Below, one piece after another: positions 46,260 through 54,183 of a stretch of DNA of 57,358 bases (positions are counted from its first letter, which is position 1; the number at the start of each line of letters is the position of its first letter). This stretch comes from a virus. Taxonomy: Duplodnaviria > Caudoviricetes. Location: positions 1-57,358 of IMG/VR virus record IMGVR_UViG_3300015189_000004. One strand, given 5' to 3'. Under the pieces are notes generated by a model, which was given only the letters and a program-made list of their open reading frames with translations, did no database searches and was not told the DNA's origin. The translations under genes and the position numbers were made by a program.

Positions 46260-46638
46260 CGATCCTTTAAACGGTCATTACTAAGGTGGTGATGTCATGC
46301 AACCGAGCGTTAAACGCGCTCACGCTTTCCGTTAAGGAGTTGGTGGGGATCTCTAGCCGGGGTTCCCACCGCTCTGACAAACCCAAATTCAACCAAAGGG
46401 AACCAAAATGAGAACCACTAAACTGACGACTCCCAAGATGAACAAAGACCTCGCATCAGACAAGCCTGCTGGTTACTGCCGAGAATGTGCACACTTCATT
46501 CTCCTCAACAACGAAACCGGCATGGTCCGCAAGCATGGTCGTAAGGCTGACGGTGTGTACTGCAAGGGCTCGCATCGTGCGCCTTCGAAGGCTGCAGACT
46601 CATATCTCGTGAAGGACTGGACCCCTCCGCGTAGAAGC

Positions 46639-46666
46639 TCGTAGGAATTACACGCCATATAATGAA
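46639..46666 (+). promoter_or_regulatory. Promoter motif, copy 10
   Basis: TCGTAGGAATTACACGCCATATAATGAA. Confidence 0.8.
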
Positions 46667-46743
46667 GAGAAGACCCTTAATCAGGTAAGTAATCGACAGG
46701 CCTAAACGAACCTCGACTACCGAGGATTATTATGGTCTTCTCT
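46662..46743 (+). ncRNA. Candidate small RNA G
   Basis: 10-bp stem AGAGAAGACC/GGTCTTCTCT; inner A-CCTCG-ACTAC-CGAGG-A hairpin; then ATTTGCC. Confidence 0.6.
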
Positions 46744-47185
46744 ATTTGCCTCACCCCTACTTGTAAGGATCATCATGATTGTCATCACCAAAGCTAAAGC
46801 AAAGATGCTTCGACCCGGAATGGTATTTGACATCTTCGGTAAGTGTGCGCTCATCATCTACGCAGAGCCAAACACCTCGGGCATGATCGTGATTCGCTTC
46901 GACGTCATTGGCGTCGACGACACGAGCTACAGCGTTCTCATCGTACAGCCCGACATGCTCTTCAATCTCGTCAACCTCGGTTAGGAAACCCGATCATGGC
47001 TTCACGTAAAGCTTCATACTACGACATCGGCTACGACCTTCTCTTCGCTGTCGATGCAATTATGCAGGAAACCGGAGACCCCGAGAAGATGGGAAAGCGA
47101 TTCTGGGAGACGTTCGTGCCCTTTGTCGAGCGCTACAAGCTTGCTGACGTCCCCCACGAGGCTGTGGAGGAGAAGGCGCTTCCAC

Positions 47186-47749
47186 ATGCTAGCTGACTAC
47201 CAAATCAGTGCTGCAGTCAACAGCAGATCACTGATACATCAGGGGCTGAACATCAAGGGCTTCAACACAGCACACCTCAACCCAGCCTCGTATGACCTGA
47301 CACTGAGTTCCATCGTGAGACCGGTGAGATTCGATCTGCCAGACATCATCGACGTGGCGTGTGTGCCTCCCGACTACACATATCCACATGACATGGCGGA
47401 TGAGGGGTTCACCCTGCTACCTGGAGACTTTCTCCTAGGGGCTACGAACGAAGTGATTGAGTTGCCACTTACTCTCTCTGCGAGGGTTGAAGGGAAATCT
47501 TCCCTCGGGAGAATTGGGCTGGCTGTTCATATCACTGCGGGTTTCATTGACCCCGGTTTCCATGGCAGCATCACGCTCGAGATTGTCAACATGTTAGGAC
47601 GACCGATCATCCTTCGTCAAAACATGCGCATTGCCCAAATCGCTTTCACACCGATGAGCGGTACTCCAGATCAGGGATACGCCTTGACTGGGCACTACCA
47701 AAACCAAGGCTTGAACGGAGAACCGATCGAGTCCCGCTACAAAATGTAA
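47186..47749 (+). CDS. dcd: dCTP deaminase
   Basis: NPASYDLTL, ARVEGKSSLGRIGL, AGFIDPGFHGSITLEI, MRIAQI, YQNQ. Confidence 0.9.
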   Translation: MLADYQISAAVNSRSLIHQGLNIKGFNTAHLNPASYDLTLSSIVRPVRFDLPDIIDVACVPPDYTYPHDMADEGFTLLPGDFLLGATNEVIELPLTLSARVEGKSSLGRIGLAVHITAGFIDPGFHGSITLEIVNMLGRPIILRQNMRIAQIAFTPMSGTPDQGYALTGHYQNQGLNGEPIESRYKM

Positions 47750-49730
47750 GGAACCCAATTATGATCGACCCGATGAATCTGATCAACGGCAAGGGTATGG
47801 CTCTTCGATACAAGGTTGGCACACCTGCTGTTCGTATGTGGGAACTGCGTAACGATGACTTCCCAGTGCCCATTCACACCCCTCTGGTGGTCGGCATTCC
47901 GATGTGGGATGTTCGTGAGGTAGATGCGTGGTGGGTTATCAACGTCGACATACCTTCTAGAAACAGAGGCACCAAATGAAGTTCGACTTCGAGACCCTTC
48001 ACCCCAACCACAAGTTCGCCTTCCTCGATGGGTTCCTCTGTGGTGCGATGGCTGCATATCTGGTCTACCGCATCGTCGAGGACAACAAGTCGTTCGCGAA
48101 GCCGGCTCTTAAAATCGTTCCTGACCCAGCGACGATCGTCTACACCAAGGACCAGTAGAGTCCATCACCAAAAGGCTAGAACCCACATATCTCGGGTTTT
48201 AGTTTTGCCTCGACTAAGGAGAAAACATGCAAAAACGACACGTCAAGGTCTGGGTCACGAAGACAAATCACGTGTGGGCTTCCGAAGCGACTGGTCTACC
48301 TCTCGAAGAAATCAAGCGGCGCTACGAAGAGGCACATGCTCAGAAGGTTGTCTGCACGATCACAGCGACATTCTACGGAGACTATGAAGAGGACTACGCG
48401 AACCAGTACGGAGTCCTTCGTAGTCGTTGGGAAGAGTACCGAGATTCCGAGCGACAGAAATCCCGGCGCACTATCCCATTCGAGGACTGGCGTGATGAGG
48501 GTCCACAAGGCGAGATACGAGTCTAAGGAGAAGTCATGACAATCACCAGCTTGAAAATCACCCCAGAGACCTACTCTATCTACCTTACCATTCCGGGAAT
48601 CGAGCACTACTCTTTGATGATGGTCAACCGGATGCATGTGATCATCCAGCTCGGTAAGGTTGGTTATCTCGAAGAGCGTGAGTTCCACGAGTTGTACAAG
48701 TACGTGGGATCACCGTCTTTGACCAAACCAACCGCAATCGAAAGGTTGTAGTCATGACTGATCCTGAATACTCAAGCGTCAAAATTGTTGTCACAACGGG
48801 CGACTCTGAGACTACATATGAGATCCCCATCGTGAAAAACTTCGAGGTGGACGTCAAGCCTGAAGAGCCACCGATCAGGATGTCGGATCGGAAGTTCGAT
48901 ACAATGGAGATCGAGTCTCTGAGCTTCACGATGCATCCACTCAAGGATCTTGCAGGCAAGTATATGATCATCACTCAGCGACAAGAGGGAAAGAGGGTCT
49001 TGTGAAACTTAATCCCGATCGGGTACGACGTCACATGGCTCGGTCTACTCCAGATCGTGTTGAGCGATACTTCGACACCATCACGCCAGAGTTTGTAGAC
49101 CAGCAACGCCAGTACCAAGAGTGGCTCAAGCAATTCGGTAAGCGTATGTCCATCAAACACAACCAAGCGCATGTCGAGGTCATTATCGACTCTGGTGGTG
49201 CTCGCTATCCCGGAGAAGTCCTCGTCATTGCTCGTCAGGTACCAAGAACGGAGTGGTGATGAACTTCCTGATCGTACAAGAATGCGGACGGACTTGGTAT
49301 CGCCGGAGCAGTTGGCGAGGACCATTGTTTCGAACGTTCCATCACGGGTTTGCTGTTGGTCCGATCATGTTCATAGGAAGGAAGTGGCGCTCATGACACG
49401 CAAGGTTGTAGCTTTTGAGGGCAAGATCACTGTTGACGGTCGCTTCATTCTTCCTGGCGCGATAACGGTCAAGGAAGGCTTCATACCTGTAACGACCGAC
49501 TGGTATAAGTCTGCCGCTGGTAGAGCAGGCTACTTCGAGAGAGATGATTCCACGGGAGAAATCTCGATGGATATCTCGATGCAGGGTGAACTTCCAGAGG
49601 GAATGAACACACATGTCTCCTTGTTTGAGATCGTGTCACATGTCGACGAGAACAACGTCATGGTCATCGAGTCTGCAGTTCTCAAAGGAATCTTTCTGTC
49701 GACGGGTCTTTCGTCATGGATGGAGACGTC

Positions 49731-50111
49731 ATGATAGCTGCTCTACGTACTGTAGAGGATCATGGTCATGCATACGCGGCTATTCTAATCATGTGTCCCG
49801 CATGTGATGATCTCCACATGCTTGCTGTCGACGGAGATGTTCCTCCCGGCAAGCCACAGTGGGAATTCAACGGGAATCTCGAGGCACCAACACTCAGCCC
49901 GTCGATTCTGTCTCGTATGTTCGGTTACCCAAAAGGAATCGATCCAGCTCTTACAGAGACACAGAAGCCAAGCGATCAAATCTGTCACTCATTCCTTCGA
50001 GATGGTATCTGGGAGTTCTTGGGTGACTGCACACATGCATTTGCTGGACAACACGTACCCTCCCCGGAACTTCCCGAGTGGGTTTTCAAAGAGTCTAAGG
50101 AGGATTTGTAA
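49731..50111 (+). CDS. Zn-ribbon protein (DUF6527-like)
   Basis: CPAC..LH...WEFNG...PTLSPSI...CHSFLRDG.WEFLGDCTH. Family name recalled. Confidence 0.6.
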   Translation: MIAALRTVEDHGHAYAAILIMCPACDDLHMLAVDGDVPPGKPQWEFNGNLEAPTLSPSILSRMFGYPKGIDPALTETQKPSDQICHSFLRDGIWEFLGDCTHAFAGQHVPSPELPEWVFKESKEDL

Positions 50112-50359
50112 TGACTGAATACATTGTTCCGGATGAGCCCAAGCAACTGCGAGAGACTTTGTGTGTAGCACAGTCTCAGATCGGAAACTCAGAGCTCAAC
50201 CAAGATCTCAGACAAAGGCACATGTGGGTGCTACAGAGGTTGATTGATGAGTGTGATCGTCACCGACCGCTTGGTACTGATGGGAAGCATAGAGAGTTGC
50301 ACACGCCTACTTGTGGATGCGCCTACGAAGACTACGGGAATTTGGCGGGAACGCCATGA
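50111..50359 (+). CDS. Hypothetical protein (paralogue of 50709)
   Basis: DEPKQLRETLC.AQSQIGNS...DGKH...HT..CGC. Confidence 0.7.
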   Translation: MTEYIVPDEPKQLRETLCVAQSQIGNSELNQDLRQRHMWVLQRLIDECDRHRPLGTDGKHRELHTPTCGCAYEDYGNLAGTP

Positions 50360-50712
50360 ACCCATACTGGTCATATCTCTTGACTGCCGTTGGTGTCTTC
50401 GGACTCTGGCTTGCAGGTCGTAAGGACCGTCGTGGTTGGATGGTCGGTATCGGTGCTCAGGTCTTGTGGATTGCGTACGCTACGGCAACGCAGCAGTGGG
50501 GCTTCTATATCTCTGCTCTTGCCTATGGCTGGGTCTACATCAAGAACGCTCGTGCATGGAAGCCCAAAGAACCCGGGTGGAGAGCGTCATGTCTCGATTG
50601 CAACTGGCGGAGTCCTGATTACGACACTGCCAGAGAGGCTATAGACGATAGTGACATTCACGCCAAAACAGCAAACCACATGGCTCGCATCGGCTACGAC
50701 AAGGAGAAGTGA
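50356..50712 (+). CDS. Small 3-TM membrane protein, PnuC/SWEET half-like, with C-terminal CxxC/His tail
   Basis: WLAGRK.RRGW..GIGAQVLW...QQWG pattern. Confidence 0.55.
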   Translation: MNPYWSYLLTAVGVFGLWLAGRKDRRGWMVGIGAQVLWIAYATATQQWGFYISALAYGWVYIKNARAWKPKEPGWRASCLDCNWRSPDYDTAREAIDDSDIHAKTANHMARIGYDKEK

Positions 50713-51026
50713 TGAAATACGAAACGACAGATGAACCAAAGCAACTACGCGAAACACTGTGTATTGCTCAGTCCCAAATCGGGAACTCTGCACTCAATCC
50801 TTCTTTGAAGAAGACCCATATGGACAGGCTTCAGCGTCTAATCAATGACTGTGATGGTATGTGGTCGTTTGGTCCTGACGGGAAGCACGGCAATATGCAC
50901 ACAGACATGTGCGGATGTGCGCCTCGACGATTCACAGTCAGTCAAGAAGAGCTCACTACTAACCATCCCGACATGATTTCTGTCATAAGACAAGAGCTTC
51001 TCGATTTGATGAAGAAACCGAAGTAA
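50709..51026 (+). CDS. Hypothetical protein (paralogue of 50111)
   Basis: Same motifs as 50111; AAGGAG RBS. Confidence 0.7.
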   Translation: MMKYETTDEPKQLRETLCIAQSQIGNSALNPSLKKTHMDRLQRLINDCDGMWSFGPDGKHGNMHTDMCGCAPRRFTVSQEELTTNHPDMISVIRQELLDLMKKPK

Positions 51027-51170
51027 TGCCAGACCTAAGCAGGCTGAGTGAAGATGAGATCATCCTTGTCGACTCTCTCCAAATCAACGACGCCGTCTTG
51101 ACCAAAGCATGGAAAGACTACAAGGGTGCTGTTCACATCCATTTGATCTATCCCGCAGAAAGGAAAGATC

Positions 51171-52400
51171 ATGGAACTGTACCCCCACCAAGTGAAGGCG
51201 GTCAAACAGCTCCGTAACGGCTCCATTCTCTGGGGTGGCGTCGGTACTGGGAAGTCTATGACTGCTGTGGCCTACTACATGTATCAGGAGTCTCCCAAGG
51301 ATGTGTATGTCATTACCACAGCCAAGAAACGAGATTCGCTGGACTGGATTGCCGAGTTCGCTCAATTCGGTGTGGGACAGGCTAAGGACGCAACAGTAGC
51401 AGGAGTACTGACCGTCGACTCGTGGAACAACATAGGGAAGTACACAGATGTTAAGGATGCCTTCTTCTTATTCGATGAGCAGCGCCTTGTCGGAGCAGGT
51501 GCCTGGACCAAAGCCTTCATCAAGATTGCCAAGAGAAACCGATGGATCTTGCTTAGCGCTACTCCGGGAGATACGTGGCTTGACTACATTCCTGTATTTG
51601 TTGCAAACGGATTCTACAAGAACCGAACAGAGTTCAAGAGAGAGCACGTCGTCTACAACACCTTCTCGAAGTTCCCGAAGGTAGATCGGTACGTCAGCGT
51701 AGGCAGGCTTGTAAAACAGCGTAACGACATCCTTGTAGAAATGCCATACGTTCGACACACCATACGACACATCGAGAGCATCTTGGTGGATCACGACAAG
51801 GACCAATTCGAAAGGGTGGTGAAGAAGAGATGGCATGTCTTCGAGAGCAGGCCGCTGAAAAACGTTGCGGAGATGTTCTATGTGATGAGGAAGGTTGTGA
51901 ACTCCGATGGCAGTCGTCTCGAGGCTATTCGATCCCTCCAGGAGAACCATCCGAAGCTTATTGTGTTCTACAACTTCGACTACGAGTTGGAGATACTTCG
52001 GACACTAAGCGCACCTCAATGTCTCGAGAAGAATTCGAGCAGCTCCTCGGAATCAAGATCTACGACTGGCAGTGGAGTTGGTACCTTCGCCGTGGCAGAG
52101 TGGAACGGACACAAGCACGAAGAAGTTCCGCAGACTGATTCGTGGGTTTATCTTGTGCAGTACGTTGCGGGCTCTGAAGGATGGAACTGTATAGATACTG
52201 ACGCGATGGTGTTCTATTCGCTGACGTATTCTTACAAGAACTGGCATCAAGCCCACGGGCGTATAGACAGGCTAAATACGCCATTTACCAATCTTTGGTA
52301 CTTCAAAATAGTGTCAAATTCTGCCATAGATTTGGCAATAGCAAAATCCTTGCGCGGAAAGAAGAGCTTTAACGAGTCCAGTTTCGGGGTCAAATTCTGA
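51171..52400 (+). CDS. SF2 (SNF2/DEAD-like) helicase
   Basis: [35 protein letters not shown]. Confidence 0.88.
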   Translation: MELYPHQVKAVKQLRNGSILWGGVGTGKSMTAVAYYMYQESPKDVYVITTAKKRDSLDWIAEFAQFGVGQAKDATVAGVLTVDSWNNIGKYTDVKDAFFLFDEQRLVGAGAWTKAFIKIAKRNRWILLSATPGDTWLDYIPVFVANGFYKNRTEFKREHVVYNTFSKFPKVDRYVSVGRLVKQRNDILVEMPYVRHTIRHIESILVDHDKDQFERVVKKRWHVFESRPLKNVAEMFYVMRKVVNSDGSRLEAIRSLQENHPKLIVFYNFDYELEILRTLSAPQCLEKNSSSSSESRSTTGSGVGTFAVAEWNGHKHEEVPQTDSWVYLVQYVAGSEGWNCIDTDAMVFYSLTYSYKNWHQAHGRIDRLNTPFTNLWYFKIVSNSAIDLAIAKSLRGKKSFNESSFGVKF

Positions 52401-52664
52401 CGATTTTGAGGCTCCAAAAAAAGTTTTTCAGAAATGACATGTCTGCTCGGAGGTTGAGAGTGACGCCACGGGCCTCTGAGCAGGCATTATGTCAAAATGT
52501 ACCTTATTTCGTGAGAAGCCAAATCTGCCAAAAGTAAACGTAAACCCTTCTTTCCCGTGTGAGAGTTAATATATATACATTTACATGTGTTTTCCAGCCC
52601 CGCTATAGAAAGTATTATTGGCAACGTTTTTGACATGTTGCTCAAAATCTCGAAAGGAGTCCAA

Positions 52665-53192
52665 ATGCAAGACGAAGAGCTAGCTGTTGAGGGTTTTCCA
52701 GGGTACAGCGTTGACGTGTATGGTGACGTTCGGAATGGTTATAGTCGTCGCGTCCTTACACGCTCAGTCAACCAGCAGGGTGTTGCCTCGGTTGCTTTGG
52801 TAGTTGAGCGCGGATCTGCACAATGTCGTCGATCAATTGCTCTGCTCGTTGCCAACGCGTTCTTAGCCGACTCGAAGTATGACTGCGTCTATGCTTCAGA
52901 TACTCCAACACCCATCCACCTTGATGGCGATCGGATGAACTGTCGGGTAGACAACCTCATGTGGCGTCCTCGATGGTTTGCACGGCAATACCACAAAGAG
53001 CGTGCAGTCGATCCCTTTCCAAACTGGGGCCGACCGTTCGAGTTACTCGAGACTGGTGAGGTGTTCGCTCACCCAAGAGAGTGTGCTGTTGCGTATGGCC
53101 TGCTCGAAGCAACCAATCATGGCATCTATATCGCTCTTGCAAACAAACGTCACATCTTCCCGACCGGTCAGAGTTTCTGGTGGTGTGATTGA
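52665..53192 (+). CDS. NUMOD4/HNH-like protein, possibly degenerate
   Basis: FPGYSVDVYGDVRN, LLVANAFL, IHLDGDRMNCRVDNLMW; AAGGAG RBS. Confidence 0.7.
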   Translation: MQDEELAVEGFPGYSVDVYGDVRNGYSRRVLTRSVNQQGVASVALVVERGSAQCRRSIALLVANAFLADSKYDCVYASDTPTPIHLDGDRMNCRVDNLMWRPRWFARQYHKERAVDPFPNWGRPFELLETGEVFAHPRECAVAYGLLEATNHGIYIALANKRHIFPTGQSFWWCD

Positions 53193-53200
53193 TTTATACA

Positions 53201-53230
53201 TTGAGTAGTCACTTATTCGTGGCTTATAAT
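53201..53230 (+). promoter_or_regulatory. Host sigma70-type promoter candidate
   Basis: TTGAGT-18 nt-TATAAT, without the TCGCA box; upstream of the nuclease-RNAP operon. Confidence 0.5.
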
Positions 53231-53279
53231 AGAAGGGGATAAGCAACTTCCATGCCATCTATTTTTGGGGAGATTCCAC

Positions 53280-53597
53280 ATGCTCGAGCGCGATTACCAA
53301 GCCCAGCTCATCAAAGAGCTCCGGCACAGGTTCCGTGGATGCATCATCCTGAAGAACGACACGGACTACCTGCAAGGCATGCCGGATCTCACGATCTTGT
53401 TCAAGGACAAGTGGGCGATGCTCGAGGTCAAGGCCTCCGAAGACGCCCCCTGTCAGCCGAACCAAGAGTACTACGTGGACGAGATGAACAATCTGTCCTT
53501 CGCGGCATTCATTTACCCCGAGAACGAGGACGACGTCTTAACAGCGCTCGCTCTCAAATTCAAACCTCGTCGGCAAGCACGCGCCCAGCGCGAGTAA
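53280..53597 (+). CDS. VRR-NUC-like PD-(D/E)xK nuclease (Holliday junction resolvase-like)
   Basis: ERDYQ...GMPDL...MLEVK...PNQ pattern. Confidence 0.75.
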   Translation: MLERDYQAQLIKELRHRFRGCIILKNDTDYLQGMPDLTILFKDKWAMLEVKASEDAPCQPNQEYYVDEMNNLSFAAFIYPENEDDVLTALALKFKPRRQARAQRE

Positions 53598-53622
53598 GCC
53601 ACAGACATAGGAGGCTCTACAT

Positions 53623-54183
53623 ATGCTCTTCAATCCTCACACGAATCTGATTGGTCAACACGCATTTCTGTCTGCATCAAAGTATGCGTGGGTGAACTAT
53701 GACGAGGAGAAGATCGACCGCGTCTACATCGCCAACTTGGCAGCACGACGTGGCACCGAGCTTCATGAGTTTGCGCATGAGGCTATTCGGTTAGGTATCA
53801 AGCTTCCTAGGACAGACCAGACACTTTGTCTCTACGTCAATGATGCTATTGGTTATCGAATGATTTCGGAGCAGATCCTTTACTACTCGGACAACTGCTT
53901 CGGAACTGCCGATACCATATCATTCAGACGTAACAAACTCAGGATTCACGACCTGAAGACCGGCGTGGGTCCAACGTCAGAACACCAGCTTGAGATCTAT
54001 GCTGCAATGTTCTGCCTTGAGTATCGGATCAAACCCTTCGAGATCGAGACTGAGCTTCGGATCTACCAGAACGATGAGGTTCGGATCTATGAAGTAGACC
54101 CCGACGTGATCGTTCATATCATGGACAGGATCATCACGTTCGACAAGCGCATTCAAGCCATCAGAATCGAGGCGATGCAGTAG
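53623..54183 (+). CDS. Cas4/RecB-like PD-(D/E)xK exonuclease
   Basis: HAFLSAS, RGTELH, FGTAD, IHDLKTG, QLEIYA. Confidence 0.75.
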   Translation: MLFNPHTNLIGQHAFLSASKYAWVNYDEEKIDRVYIANLAARRGTELHEFAHEAIRLGIKLPRTDQTLCLYVNDAIGYRMISEQILYYSDNCFGTADTISFRRNKLRIHDLKTGVGPTSEHQLEIYAAMFCLEYRIKPFEIETELRIYQNDEVRIYEVDPDVIVHIMDRIITFDKRIQAIRIEAMQ

